Below are positions 1 through 15,055 of a stretch of 64,000 nt of DNA, in pieces. Source of the DNA: Amoeboaphelidium protococcarum X5 (taxonomy: Eukaryota > Fungi > Aphelidiomycota); contig JALDTO010000098.1 of assembly GCA_023515725.1 (NCBI GenBank), forward strand, positions 1,762,164-1,826,163, given 5' to 3'. Below the pieces are notes generated by a model that had not been told where the DNA came from, made no database searches, and worked only from the letters and a program-made list of their open reading frames with translations. Positions within the stretch are counted from its first letter, which is position 1, and each line of letters starts with the position of its first letter. The position numbers were made by a program, and so were the translations under genes.

Positions 1-1068
1 TATATTTTTAATAGATCGCCTCAGCTTCTCCTTCTTGGTCAGTAATGTTCTCTAGCGCTACGATGAATCAGTAGTTTGACTTGGCTAATACTGAGATTGA
101 GCATTAGGAATATTATGAGTAGACTCTTGACTAAAATCAACATGCATATGAGAAGCATTCATAGGCAACCTCTAAGGATGAACATTGAACTCTTTAGATG
201 AATCATTTCTGATCTAGAAGCTATAGTCCGCAGTATCATCAATGACCACGACACTATGATCCTTTTGCTGATTAGATTTCTGTGAATTTTCTGTATATTA
301 TTTACCAGACTACGATGTCAATATATTGCTTTTAAATACAACAGTAGTCTAATTATCCTCAACTTAAATAGGCATCCCTCTAGGAGTTGATGATACAAAA
401 GAATCACTGGCCAGAGGTTTAGCGCGTTTAAACTATGGTCTTATAGGAGAAGTAGAAGCATAAGGCAAAGTCCTTTTATTAATAGGAGATTATTTCTACT
501 TGACTTTAAAAAACAACTCCCCATCTCTGAATTACTCTTCTCCATTAACTTCACTGTAGTTAGTTTACACGGTTCTCTAATCAGCATCGTCCAAATGAGC
601 CAGATGTTATTAATAATAATTTCTTAGTAGCTCCGGACTTACGTGAAAATCATCACGTATTTCGCCCAAGTTTTACTACATATAGCCTTAAAAAAGTCCA
701 TAAACTGCAAACCACAAACTCTAACTATTAACATCAGCTATTTGACTATAAACTTTCACGTACTCCACAATAAACTGGCGAATATCCACAGAGAATATGT
801 CAATATCAATCAGATTATCATTTTAATTTATTCTATGAGCATTATCAGATTGCTGAATAGTAGATTAAGTGCTTTACTAAGCAGACGATTCAACTGCAAT
901 GGGAACACCGACCTAACTCACAGTAGGAGGTGCAGCCACATCAAACTCTGGAGACTGAGCTGTACCATTATCATGGTGACTATTACTATTGTGCTAATGT
1001 AACAAACTGTGATATATCTCATCATGCTCTAAATCCTTATTAATAAATTTCATAATTTAGCCAGACAT
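1..1068 (-). CDS. Hypothetical protein, 3' end runs off the window
   Basis: ATG at 1068 (MSGQIMKFINKD...). The frame is TGA-free down to position 1 under code 6. Q/S-rich, no family recognised. Confidence 0.7.
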
Positions 1069-1470
1069 ATTCAATAATAAAATTTAAGTAAGTATGAATA
1101 GAATAGAATAGATTACGCGTTTTTACACAACAAAGAAGAAGAAACAAAGGAAAATTTCTGGTGAAACGAACGAGAACAATTGCTACAATACAGTACGTGA
1201 TGGTGAGCTTATAAAATTTACGGATGGAATTCCCGCTTAACAATCGATAAACATCACAAAATACCATGTAAACGTAATCTGAAACGAAGGATCGGGAATT
1301 TAAAGTTATTGAGGCTAAGCTCCTCATGTAAATTGATCTCTCAAAGTTAATAGCGGGTGATCGTCTTCTCTTTCTCTCCTTTTCTTTTCCTGTGCCACAG
1401 AGCCTTACTGAATTTAGAAGATTTTTCATTGACTATTAACTGAATAGCGTGTTGTTATTTATCTAGTATC

Positions 1471-2955
1471 ATGACTGGAGTAGTGTTGACAGAGCTGAAT
1501 GATTATATTGCACCTGCTAATTTATGCGTTAAGGGTGAGGAGGAGAAGACTGGATTGGAGCCTGGGAATGTGTAGTAGTAGCAATAATCGGGATCTGGAG
1601 ATGCGAAAGTATTTGGCTAGATTTAATTGCAGGATTGTCTCGCGTGCTCTGGATGCATTACATCTGCAGAGACTGTTCTTATTCAGTAGCATTAATATTC
1701 TGAACTGATACGGAATCTCAGCATCCATAACAATATTGTCGTTGCAATCAGTCCTCAATCAAGATCATCAGTGGCATTCAAGTACAGCCTTACACACGCG
1801 TAAATAATGCGTAGACTGTAGTGGTTCTTTTCCCATCATCTGCCATAGAAATACAATCCTTAATGTCACATAACATTGACAGATACATCGATAATGCGGA
1901 ATTTAGCACTGATTGAGGCCTACAATGAGTACAAGAGTCGTCGCGTGTCGAATTAGGTGTAGACATCGTTGGCATCTCCTGTTATCACTTCATCATGTCC
2001 TGGATTTATATGCCTTGCTGAAAAAACTCTGCCGGATTGTATTCCATATATATCTAAAGTCAGATCTCCATAGTAGATTTTTGGGTTATTGTGCAAGAGA
2101 CACCTTGATCAAGACGTGTAGTACACAGTGTCTGTTATGCCTTGTGCAGATAAAAAGCTTGAAGCAACTAGGCCAGATTTTGCAGATTCTGATACTGAAA
2201 GTCATGATGTTGATTTGGTACTTACCACCATGGAGTTGGACGCGTTTTTATAAGAGGAAGGTTTAGATTTATAGATGATGACAGAATAGCCGTATATGCC
2301 ATTGTAATTCTCGATGAATGAAGACTCTCCAAAATTTTATCGCTCCTCAGGCTCTTCATCTGGTGGCTATCTACAGTATATTGTTGATAGAGTCATGCTT
2401 GATTTATAAGATGTTAGTAATGTATAAGTTGTCACATTGCCTGGTAAGAATGCAGATATTTAAGATGTGATTATAGTGCGCGATAATGATCAAGTAGTGT
2501 TCCGTGGTGCGTATTGCTATGGATTGAAGAATATTCAGAATATTATTAGATCTTCAACGTAAGGCAAGTAATCTAATGCACTTTAGTCAAAGAGGACACT
2601 CTAATTAAAAGGTTTGAGAAAATCTCGTCATTAATAATCTGATTAGGTGGAAGATGAAAGCATTAGGTAATTGCGACTCAAAGCTGATCACGTTCCTTAT
2701 AATTACATTGAGATAATGGCGTGTCCTAGTGGCTGCATTAATGGTGGTGGATAGATTAAATTAGATTTTAAAACTTTGGAAGAACATAGATAGAAACTCA
2801 AGTAGTTGGAAGATGTATATCGTTCCATTCCAGTTGTGGATCCGACGAGCGCTGTCGATCAATCTGTCTATCACTCCATTACTTCTCACGATCTTATGAC
2901 TGAATATCATCCCATTAAGAACACCGGTGTCACCAAGACTAATCTCGAATGGTGA
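1471..2955 (+). CDS. NAR1: Cytosolic Fe-S assembly factor NAR1/NARF (Fe-hydrogenase-like), 494 aa
   Basis: [56 protein letters not shown] and terminal W-TGA. Intact under code 6. Confidence 0.95.
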
Positions 2956-3133
2956 TTTATTCTAATACATAATAACTCTTAATCTTCAAATAGTTTATGC
3001 TTTATAAAAAAATCCATGTTTTAAAATAGATTTGCAATCACTAACGATTGTCTTGTCTGATCAAGTGATCATAGATTTCTCTTACTTTGATGATCAAGAT
3101 TTACTTTGGCGGATAAAATTGTAACCTCTAAAG

Positions 3134-4165
3134 ATGACTCGAGATTAACATCAAGAGAAACTAGATCGTAAGTAAAAAGGAGGAGAACCTACTATTGATG
3201 AACAATCTATTTCAGGTAAATGGAGCTATTTTATAAAGTCGCTGATTGCGGGCAGTATCAGTGGTGGATTGGCTAAAACTTTAACGGCACCGCTCGATCG
3301 TGTGAAGATCTTATTCCAAGCTCATAATCCTCATTACTACAAGTATTCACAGCAGAGATTCGGTCCTTTTAAGGCTGTTTATAAGATTTACTAGCGCGAA
3401 GGAGTGTATGGTATGTACTAGGGACACGGTGTGATGCTGCTCCGGATATTACCCTCGGCTGCCGTTCGATTCATGACATATGAATAGATTCGCATGTATC
3501 TGATACCCAGCGCTGAGTATGATAGTCCATGGAGACATTTTCTGGCCGGTAGTCTTGCGGGCAATGCTGCAGTTTTACTGACTTACCCTCTGGAAGTGAT
3601 TAGATCGCGGATGGCCTATTAGATCAGATTGTACAATTCATCGTATGGTATCTCGCCGACAATCGCTGAGATTTATAAAGAAGGTGGATTGAATGGATTC
3701 TATAAAGGATTCGGAGCCACGATGTGTGGTGTTGTTATTTATGCTGGTACATCGTTCTCGAGTTATCATTACATGAAGAAGCAGTGCATAGAGTAATCGC
3801 TTTCTAATCCGTATTTGCATTGGCTCACATTCAAGGATGGTAAAGGTGAGTAGAGACTTATAATTCCGGCACATTTACTCGTTGGTGGCCTGTCTGGTAT
3901 ACTTGGCTAATCTTTCGCGTATCCATTTGACACTATCCGACATAGGATGCAATTGCACGGAGTCGCTGCTCGTATGGCCACTAATAATCAGGCACCTTAC
4001 CCGTTCTATCGACATACTTTGGATGCTCTCAAGATTATAGTTTCTACCGAAGGTTGGCGGACTTTCTTCATCGGTCTCAGCATCAATTGGTACAAGACTA
4101 TACCTGCCAATGCTTTTGCCTTTGTCATTTATGATTATCTCAAAAGATATCTGGACATGAAATGA
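3134..4165 (+). CDS. LEU5: Mitochondrial carrier, CoA transporter (LEU5/SLC25A16-like), 343 aa
   Basis: Three carrier signatures: APLDRVKILFQAHNPHY, YPLEVIRSRMA and YPFDTIRHRMQ. Confidence 0.85.
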
Positions 4166-4308
4166 AACAGCTCGGTACCTATTGGTTCCAGAGTTGATGA
4201 TAGGATTGTTGTCTCTGGCCTATAAAAGCAAGACTCAATTAAATGGATCACATATCGTGAAAACGTACAACAATGTATATCATAGATGCTATATATAGAA
4301 ATTGAAGT

Positions 4309-7300
4309 TCACATTTATTACCAGTTGTTAGACAATGCTAATCTTTCCACTTTTGAGGCGATGTATTGAGGAATGTCATTCTTCAGATACATCTGCACCA
4401 ACTGCTAGTATCGCCTTTTGTTCAAAGTCATTACATTTCCAATCTAAGTCGTTCCATTAACGTCTAGATACGGAGCAGGCACATAACATGCACCAATGTT
4501 GCGCGCAAGTAATAGAATTTTACACTTCTTCACCACCAGAAACATTCCCGCATCGATACAGCAGTTGGTCATATGAGTATTACATTCACCTCTACTTTGA
4601 TCTCGGTCCAGACAGCAATAGCCCATGACACAGACCACTTTACCACACAAAAGGCAGACCCCAATCTCATTAGGAACAGTATTACACTCTTTACACTGTT
4701 GTGAGGCATAATGCACAAGAACATCGTTGTATGTTTGAGGCAGTTCAATTGGCGTAAATAATTTGAAATAAGGCACAGTGTTATCTAAAAGAGGTATCCG
4801 ATTGGAAACTTACTTCAAATCATCCAGTGCAGCATCCATGTCAATGCTACTGCTTGTATACTAAAATTCGGACTGCTACTGATGATTTCTAGGCAAAAAG
4901 CGTGATTTCTAGGCAACACTGTCATCATACTCGGACAATTAGCTCATTATAAGCATATAAACGCTCTTGTATTCTTGCAGAGTTACCAGAGAGGATATCG
5001 ATAGATTGTGCACTATTTAGAATTGACTATCATGAAGAGTAGAATCCAATTCAAAAATACAACTTATAACACTAAAGGACTATTTCACTCTCGCGTTCCA
5101 TCCATCATAGAAATCAATCCATTACTGCTCATTTCTATCCAGAACAAATTTAACCATGAATTTATCCAGCCTAACGTGATCAATGTTCTTTAAATGCCCT
5201 TAAAAGTATGTACTGCATGAAGTGACCAGATGCAGAACATCGATAGTAAACTTTTAAACTGGACTCATTGAGTCAAGAGTGTCTTGATAATCCCGGAAAT
5301 TGATGGAATCACGTTAATTACCAAACTCATTGACGCGTTGGATCAACTACCAGAGGAAAGCTGAACCAGGACCAAACGCAGAAATAATCATCGCGGCAGA
5401 GTTGTGCAATATCAAGTAGCTAAATAAGTGCATTCTGAACTATTCACTATGCATGGCCAGCAGAATGCTTCTATTCCGTAGACTTTGAATTAATGGAATA
5501 AGAACTTCATTGCGCCGTGAAGGTATCCACTACTTACCACAAATCATTTCACATAGATAAACATCATATACTTAGCCATGAAAATCAACACCTGCTAATA
5601 TTCTATTCTATGATACCAGAGCAACTAATGATCTCAATAGTCTGAACTCAACCTCAGAAAGGTGATTATTGCTAACATGTATTTAAGCATCAGCTATGGA
5701 TTCTACCAAAGACTTGATTACTTCACCATCATAGACACTATACTGACAGCTTTATGTACGGATAATAGTGGATAATTAACTTTAAAACAAGTCGGAAACG
5801 TCAACCAGCTGCATTTAACTTAGAGTATCGCGTAACTCTTAAATTCTCTATTATACACGAGCATTATTATAAGGATCTTTAAACCTATTTATTAGACATG
5901 ACTAGTTTCTGAACTACAGCATTTAGAGAGACGCCGGAGGTTGAGGCCGTGGAAAAGCATCGCAATCGATAACTTGGCCAAGTAAATGCAACATCTATTG
6001 GAAGCTATTGTAATCACTAAATTTGTGCAGTGCAGCGATGAGATATAGATTCTTTTCCTACGGAATGACAACATTACATACAGAATTACATAGAGGGCAT
6101 CTCACAATAGAATTCAGACCAACAGGCAGTTATTAAAAGCATTCAAAATGCACCGCATGACCACATGAATGAGTATAAACCTGAGGCGTGAACTAATGAG
6201 CGACCTAAAATTGCATTTTGACATCCATAGACTCGGTAGTAGGAGAAATATTAAATTCATCAGCCGAAAAATCAACTTATCCAGCATTAGATTATTTATG
6301 GTTCGATTAGATTGACATATAAGCCACTATACCAAACTCTTTCTCTCCAAATACCAACTATTCTTGACACGCCATACAATTTCCATGATCAGACTCCCAT
6401 TTCTTATCAAGTTCTTCAGCATACTTGTCACAAGCATCACAGGGCTCTTGCTATTCTGCGTCTTGATAATCATAGTCTTCCTAGCTATCCAGCATATCCT
6501 CGTCATGGTCGGCGGCATCATCATACTCTTCTTGTACGGACGCAACAAAAGAACTCTAAGCTTTCTTGAATTACTCCATGATAGCCTTCTACTTCTCTCT
6601 GGCCAAGTCTCTCTAGCTTTATGATCTTTAAAGCTCGTCATTAAGTTTTTAATCAGATGCGCTCTCTTGGATGTCACAGCTACTACCATTATCCATGTTA
6701 TTACTACTTTATGCTATGCCAGGTGCACTTTCTTTGCGGAGATATTCTTCAATAACGTCCAAATAGTCAGCATAAGCATCACACTCTTTCAATAACTTCA
6801 ACACCATTCTAGCAGATCTACTACCACTTGGGGACTTATGCACTTTGGGATGAAAGTACATTTACAGCAAGTAGATCACCTCAAATGCAAATAATTGCTC
6901 AATCTCGTTCTCTTGTACAAACTTCATTACGACATCATAAATAAGATCATCCAAGAGTCTAACAACACTAAGCAAAACTTTGAATTGACTCGATTCCAGG
7001 GCAGCTAAACAGTTATCAAGGAAGACCTGAGAATCTTTCAACGTCCACCCGCGCTCAGTCATGTACAGCAGCGAATCATTCAACTACTTTCCAGAATACT
7101 AAAAGTGGAAGCAGTTGTACAGTTTCAGATACTAATCTTTAACTCTGAAAAGACCAACAGCATCCAGTTTCTCTGGCAAAATCATATCTGCCACTTCGCC
7201 AAGGATCTTACCTAATTGATGCGAATCATTATCAAATCTACCCAAGAGACTTTCGGCAATTTCTTAATAAGGCTTATCACCAGAGAATAGGATGTGGAGA

Positions 7301-9645
7301 ACTTCATCACGCATAATAGCCTCATCAGCAGCACCTACCGGATGCATGTAATCAGTAATCAAGTATATAATTAATCTTAAAAACTCTTAAATCAGCACTG
7401 CATATCTCGAAGTTTCAAACTACAGCTTTTAACTCCCATCACTATCCCCCTCCTAGTACAAAGATATCAGCTCAAACTTGTCCATGATATTAAAACACAA
7501 TTGCCGAGGCGAGATAATCAGAGACGCCATCTGAAGTAGAAACAGCTCACTATCATAGGCGAGAGCTCTGACAAACGGCTTACAATAGTTGATCATTTAC
7601 ATCTGAACGGAGCTTCCATTTCTTACCCATAATCCCGCTTTGACTTGAGCCATGAGACTCATCACACGCAGCGGATGTTCAATCAAAGAGTCTCCCAAAA
7701 CAGCCGATTGATCATTACTGAAGGGATTCTAGCGCATAAAATCACCAAAATCGAGGCCTAGTTACGATGCAACTCTACATACCTGCCCTAAAGACCAGTA
7801 TAGTGGATTAAAGAATGTACCATGTTGAACAGAGACTTTGAAGCAAGTAGAGTAATAATCTTTCGCTCCCTCAAATAGAGAGCCCAGGACTCGAACGCGT
7901 TGAATTCTTTGCTCTTCAACTTCATTGCCATGGAAATAGCCATTATACAGATCAACTAGACAAAGAATCTGTTTTTGCATTAGGCTAAGCAAAACCTTTT
8001 TGTTACCATCTCTCTTCAAGGATTGAGCCATGTTCTATATCAACGGGCCCAGTGAGAAGAGGAAATTAAACGCCTAGATCCAATCCTGCCGCTCATACTC
8101 CACATGAGTACCAGTTTTACGTGGTTCACTGACCATATTTTAGAGTTGATACAGCAGCTGAATATACACCCGGGACACCGCTTGATAATCAATATACGTT
8201 GTGATATTTTTCACCTACAGGATGTAGATCGCATCGTTGAAAATACTAGAGTAAAGACGCCTTCTAAAAAGATTATGATCGGAACTCAATTAGCACATTT
8301 GATGACCAGTATAGAATAGATGGCCTTCATCAAGGAGATCAGACTGAGCTTAGAACAGCTCCTCACACAACGTTTCCAGACACAATTTCAGTTGAGACTT
8401 ATCACTGTTCTGCTCTAAAGCCTGTGCAATCGAAGGCGTGGTAAACAACTGCACAGAGTAATGGACAAGATTGTGCTCCAAATCACGTTCACTATTCAAA
8501 TATTGTCCATACATCAAGTCATACAGTGACGAATACTAAACAGAAAACTAAATCTTATCTGAGTCGCCAGACAGAAATACATTACCAAAAAGCTCCTTTT
8601 GCAGTTGCCGGTATTGCTTCCATAGCTAATAATCAAGTAGGATCAAAAGCTTTACCGCACTCAACTGAGAGGTGGGTACTGCAATCAAAGACCAAAAATT
8701 ATCGGTCCCCATAAAGAACAAATCCCCATTCTCATATAATAATTAGTTCTAAACAGAGACATCCAACAAATGCTTAGATGTGAAAGCTCTAACTTGCTCA
8801 GATTCAGACGAAAGTTAGTTCAACATACGCGAGAGCTTATACGCACATTCTTGGAACACGACATATGCAAAAGGGATGATAGATGCAGCCAATCCAGACT
8901 AATTTACCAACAATCTATTCATTCTTAGCAAAACCTCACAATCTTCAGATACATGAAGTATATGGCGACCAACCTGATCAACCGTCTAAGCCACAGCTCG
9001 ACCATCGAAGTCATCTGAACACTCTTCCACAATCTCGATAACTTCATCAAAAGAATGATACTCATCATTCCACAAGATCAAAGCAAACCTTTCATGATCC
9101 GGAAAGTCTTCTTAGCGGAAGAAGATATCCCTATTGAAATCTGACGGCACACTTTCATAATTATGACCTAGAACGAGCGTGAGACTCAACAACTAGACCA
9201 CATCTTTGATGAACTCATCAACAACTTTAGCTTCGTCATTATCAACCTAGGCGGTGGTAGTTTCAGCCAATCTATCACTGCTACTATCGTATTAATGCAA
9301 TGAACAAGCGTAATGCTAACTGAAAGCCTCCGAATCACCGCAATCACACAAACCACCACCTTAACGGCTCACATGCACAGAGTACTGATGCTTAACATGG
9401 GCGGAGTTCTGGAAACACTCATGGCACATTACACAAGTGTTATCCGCACCACAGTCAATACAACGATATATCAAGTCTCCATTAGCAAACACCCTGTTGC
9501 ATGCATGCTTCTTGTCAGTATACTTGATCTTCTCCTTGACTCCATTCAACCACTCATCAATGAACGCGTCCAACTACTCTTGAACCTCCTTTAAACTTTA
9601 AGACTTTGCAATAAGTTTTAATATACCCAAATATTGTTAAATCAT
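4309..9645 (-). CDS. UBR1: N-recognin E3 ubiquitin ligase UBR1/2, ~1778 aa
   Basis: UBR box (CNRVFANGDLIYRCIDCGADNTCVMCHECF...GGGLCDCGD), RING (CGHAVHFECF...CPLC) and C-terminal CLLCG...PAPYLD. Four ORF-track fragments share one frame. Confidence 0.93.
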
Positions 9646-10728
9646 ATTAAAAACACTTTATTCTCGGCAATTATGATGACTATAAGTCAAATCAACTCAG
9701 ATTCTAGATACTATTGAGAATAGATACCCGAAAGACAATGGACAGAAAAAGAAGGAACGCGAGAAACGAAAATCTTTACGAAACGGGACATTGGCTGAAT
9801 GGACGGGCGATGGCGGTGAATTTTTTTATAGCTAATGCGTTGTGCTCAATATTTTAAGTTAAGATATGCTTAGTCCTGGACTTAACGCGAATAAAATATC
9901 ACATCGATCAAGTACAACGGGCGTAGTTGTGACATTTAGAGTACCTCCTGCAGTCTGAATGTCAGCAACTAAACTTCTAAAAAAACGATTCTGATAATCA
10001 TCTTAAACGTGACACGGCATTCAGTGAAGCCTGTAAAAGTGAAAAAATGGTATACTTTTTGATCCTCAATCAAAGGTGTTTTAGAGTGAAACGTCCGTTA
10101 CTCATCGCCCAAAATTTCAACCGGATCGGTGTGACGTTTTCAGCAAAAAGCCTATTAGAGTGTTTGTATCTATTACCTTACTACGTAAATTAGAATAAGC
10201 ACAATGTCTTTCAAAGAGAAGAATCAATCTATATCAAATGATCATAAGTCAGTTTTACTCTTTATGAGGCATTTACGGAGATGTCTATGGAGAATTATCC
10301 GCCTTCTTGATAGTGGAAGGACCTTTCAGAAATGACCAAGCAGATTACAGAGGGGATGTCGGAGAGGAAGACGGCGTTTATTAGCCCACAGTAGCAAATC
10401 TCAAATTTGTTGTCAGTCTAGCCACATCCATATTATAATCTACTAAATCTACTATATACGATTTATTGCTGCTATAAATTGATGACAAAGAGAAATTTTA
10501 ATGTGACGTTTCTAGGGAAAAGCTGCTGGCGAATCAATGGTTGAAATTCGAGAAAAAACGTGGTGCAATAAAGCTCGTGCAAAGGCTGAAACAACAATAC
10601 GCTCACTCATCACGCATCACTCAGTTGCAATATAATCCATAAATGTGTCATATCACAGTCATTATATCGTCTGTGGGTACAAAGACTATGTGCAATTCTT
10701 TTTGATTAAACATCGACAATCTATCACA

Positions 10729-11808
10729 ATGTCTAAATCTAAGAGAAGCAAAGAAGAAGAATTGGAAACGGTTGAAAAGGCAGAGTAGTTGGTGTTTAAC
10801 ATTGATGAGGAGTTGATGAGCTTGGTTGAGTATTTAGAGGATGTTTCACGTCAGTTGCAAAGAGAGTTGTAGCAAGGTGAAGCAACTGAAGAGTCGCACT
10901 CGAAACTAAAAAGCTTATTGTCTCGCGTTACCAACCTGAGATAGGCGATAAGTAATAAAGCTGTGGACTTGGCGGAAAATGTCGTTGATCGTGTCAAAGG
11001 TTTATGGAGAGAGGCTCGTCAACTCGGATCTTCCACATTAAGAAAGTCGCGTCATGGCACTGAGGAAGCTGTCAAAGAGGCGGGTCAGATGATTAGTAAT
11101 TGGTCGCAAGTATTTTCAAGTTCCGAGTTTGCAGAGTATTTCCAATCTAAACCATATTTCAATGCTGCTGAATGGTAAAAATACTTGTCGAATTCTAAAT
11201 ATGATCCACGTTATTGGCGTGAGGTTGTGGAAGAGTTTGTCTAGTAGGAACTTTAGCCTCGCCTGCAGTCTGCTGAATATCGTCTATTTCCTTATGAGCC
11301 ATCGCGTCATTTATTGTCGAGTAGTAGATTATATCGTGGATATGTAAGAGATCCTTATGCTGGAATGACGTGTGCAGCTTTATTGTTCATGTACCTGTTG
11401 TTATTGATGAAAAGAAGCTGGAAGATACGCAATCAACATTTAATATTCTTTGGCGAACATCCGGTGGAGGAGCGAGTTGCGCATGGTACAGGGCGTAAAG
11501 CTCAAGTTATCCAGCCTGATGTCCTGATTGAACTTAATTCTGTTAATCATTGCGTACAAACGATTGCGACTCTGGCCCCACTGTTTCTTCTATGTACCAT
11601 AGTTATGGAAATGTTTGGAGTCGGAACCAAGTTTGTGATTATCTTATGCTCTGTATTTTCTGCATCCTTGTTTCTGTATAATAGCACAATACTGGAGCAT
11701 CATGGGCATAACGTGTTGAAGACTACTTATGAATTGATAATGTTTGGTGTTGCAACTGTTGCGGGCGTCGTCACCTTGCTCTAATGCGCGTAATTTTACT
11801 TTGCATGA
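10729..11808 (+). CDS. Hypothetical membrane protein: N-terminal coiled coil and C-terminal hydrophobic helices, 359 aa
   Basis: ORF fragments at 10963 and 11314 join in one frame under code 6. Several hydrophobic segments near the C-terminus. Confidence 0.75.
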
Positions 11809-12084
11809 AGATGTTCATACTCTCTGCTATTATGAATTCCCTATTAGCATACAATATAATAATATAGTACATATGTTTTTACGGTGTACTTTTAGATTGT
11901 ATCATTGACGTACAGTATGTGGCTTGAGAAAGCCCGTTTTAAACGTCTCGTTTCAAAATCTCTCAATTTCGTTTTGTTTCAACTTTAAGTCGCTTCATTT
12001 TCTAGTTGTTGCATTTTACATTTACACTTATTGTACTTCATATACAGACTTGTGGAACCTAAGAACTACATTTATATAGTCTGT

Positions 12085-14274
12085 ATGGAAGATTCTAACT
12101 AGATTAGAAGAGTTCTCCGCTCAAGGTCTATTGCTTCGCTGCCTCAGAATTAACCTGCTGCCTCCATTTAGATTCAACAGGTACCTCGAAGAAATACTGT
12201 TGCTCCGGTAGTTAAAACGAGAACTAAACGGTCTTATGCTGGCTAAGAGAATCATAATCATAATAAATAACCTAAAGAGTCTGATAAATCTGTTCCGGTT
12301 TAGTCTAAAATTTCAAGCATTTTACATGAATAGGTGGTTGTTTAGTCCTCTGCCTGTGGTGCTTGGACGCCAAGCAAAGAAGTGTACGTGGGAAGAGTTG
12401 ACACTGAGGAAATTGACTTTCGCAAGATGCGCGATATTGAAATGAAATATTCCCGCCCCTTTGAAGTGATAGAGTGTAGTGTCTTTAAGCTATAACTATG
12501 GTATCGCAAAGTGAAGTCTTATCGCAATCAAGTCTAAAGTGCAGTTGTTATTCAGCGATATTGTAGAGAGTATTTGAATTAGTAGAATGCTCTTCAGTAA
12601 TTTGAAATCCAGAATAAAGCGGCTATTAAAATTTAGGCTAATGTCAGACGGTATATTGTCAGATAAAGGTACTTGCGTTTATAGCGTGTTGTTCGTTTGA
12701 TTCAAAGCAGGTGGCGATTTCGATAGTTTATCAAGAGGCGGGATAATGCTGCCTTATATATCCAGGCTTGGTGGCGAGGAGTGTTTAATAAATAGAGGTA
12801 GTTTTAGAATAAGACGAGAGCAGTTATTGTCATTCAGAGATGGTTCAGAAGAGTGAGAAATATTCACTTTAACGTTAAAGTATTCAATGCAGTTTATGAG
12901 CTTCGTCAGGTGTTTTAGCTCAAATCCAAGTTGCTGAAGAGTTAACTCTGGAGTGAATCTGTAAAGTAACAGCTGCTAATCGCTGCTCATGAGGCCGTTT
13001 ATACACAACTTTAATATCATTGTCGAAGATATCTGAAGTTGAAAGCTTAATAGCAATGCGCTGTATCATCTAAAGTGATCATCTTGAAAAAGTCGTTGGA
13101 ACTGAGAGACAATTTATAAAGTCTCAAGAATGACAATAGATTCAATGAAGATTAACTGGTCATGAATTTATAAGCAGAAGGTTCAGAAATCTCTAAGAGT
13201 CATGATAGTCAGTCAAAGTTGCCTCTTCCTCAATTGTCTAGAGTACCGTCAAACATTGATGTGTCACAGTTGGATCTTAAGACTATTTCTACTCTGGATA
13301 AAGAGACGTAGTAGAAAATTCTTGATGCCGTTAGATAAAAGAAGCAGCTGCTAGCAGAGAATCTGTAATCTCATAATAGTGTCAATAATAAATCTGCTTA
13401 ACCAATTGTAAAGCCTGGTAGTATTAATCAATAGAGAACTGGAGTAACTTTAAAGGTGAAGAATGCAACATCCACTGTACATTAATCTTAATCTTACACT
13501 ATGCGGACTCGGTCAACTCCCGCACCTAAAAAGTAGTAGTAGCGGTAATTTCACATTCCAGTTGGTAAGTCGTTGAAATAGGAGTAAATTGATATCTTAA
13601 TGCAGAATTTGCATGAGCTGACTTAGTATGAATTAGATCAACTGACTGAAGCCATCACCTCATTGAATAAGAAATACCATCGTCCACTCAAGTATAAGAC
13701 GATTTATAAGCATGGAGCAAAGCCTGCGAGTCCTAATGCTAAGACTCTGGCTAGATTCGCTGCTATTTCACGTAAAGAGAATGATCTGGCTCTTTTCAAC
13801 TAGAGCCGTGTGATGAGTTAAGCTGGTGCAGGAGATAGTTAAGTAGCGGAAAAGAGAATTTACTGGAATGACAGTAAGAATGAGGTCCTGGCTGATAACA
13901 AGACAGAGATAGATGCTTCCGCTACTCCTGTCCATAATGATGATAATGCAAAGTAAAATACCAACATCTAACCGCGATCTTGTTTGAAGTCCAAGAATCA
14001 ATTTAAGCAGTCTTAGTTTAATGAAAGCTCGTTGAAAGTTCCTGTGATAATTCAAAAGTTTGTCTGGGATCAGTTTCCACCTCCACAGTAGTAATAGTAG
14101 TAAAAATAGAGAACTCTGTAGAAGATGTAATCAGACAGAGATTAGAGTGGAGTCAAGCGGCCGTTCACCACGTCGATGAAAACTCAACCGGGAAAACCAA
14201 CGGCGGCGGCAGTCAATACGAAAGTCAAGTCTGCCAAAAGTCCGCATAAAGCTAATATCACCACTCGGAAGTGA
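12085..14274 (+). CDS. Multi-IQ-motif (calmodulin-binding) protein, 729 aa
   Basis: IQ motifs AVVIQRYCREYL, AAIKIQANVRRYIVR, VRLIQSRWR, AALYIQAWWRG and AVIVIQRWFRR. Confidence 0.8.
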
Positions 14275-14385
14275 TATTGCAATATGAATTATTTACTTTG
14301 TATTATATGAATTTGACTAATGGATTAAAAATTTTATTCTAAAGTAAATGATATACCAATAATGTATTCACCTTGTATCGATCAA

Positions 14386-14916
14386 TCAATCACTCTTGGG
14401 CCTCTTCGCGGCATATTTGGATCGTGATGTCATCCTACCAACCACACCTTGCAAGTCATACATTCCCCGGATCATTTTATATTTAACACCAGGACAATCA
14501 CTGACTCTACCGCCGCGTACAGCCACAACACTGTGCTCTTGCAGCGTGTGCCCTTCCCCGGGAACATACGCGATCACCTCATTTCCATTCGTAAGACGCA
14601 CCTTGGCCACTTTTCTCTGAGCACTATTAGGCTTCTTTGGCTTCACGGTGTATACTTTCAGGCAGACTCCCTTCTTTATAGGACATCCTTCCAATGCCGG
14701 AGATTTCTACTTTCTATATCGTTCAGTGCGACATCCATTGATGACCTGATTGAGTGTAGCCATTGATCTCTACTACTAAAACTGATTCATATGGAGCGAT
14801 GCTGAGGCAGAGGATCTAAAGCATGATAATGATGCTAGAGGAGTAGCGACGCGTGATATTCCACTTTACTGAGTGATAGATACTCGAGACAATGCTCCAC
14901 AAAGTGACGCGAACAT
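14386..14916 (-). CDS. MRPS12: Mitochondrial ribosomal protein S12 (uS12m) with presequence, 176 aa
   Basis: [17 protein letters not shown] and [12 protein letters not shown], preceded by a Ser/Arg-rich N-terminal extension. Confidence 0.95.
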
Positions 14917-15055
14917 ACTGTAACTCAAATTTTCCTCTAACCTTTTAGCTATAAAAAAGCTTCGGTGTTGTAAAAATCTCTCTCGCGTCTCGACTATCAA
15001 TTGGTCAATTTAAATTCTCGAAAGTAAAGAATTTTGGAGCAGCGTTATAAGAATA

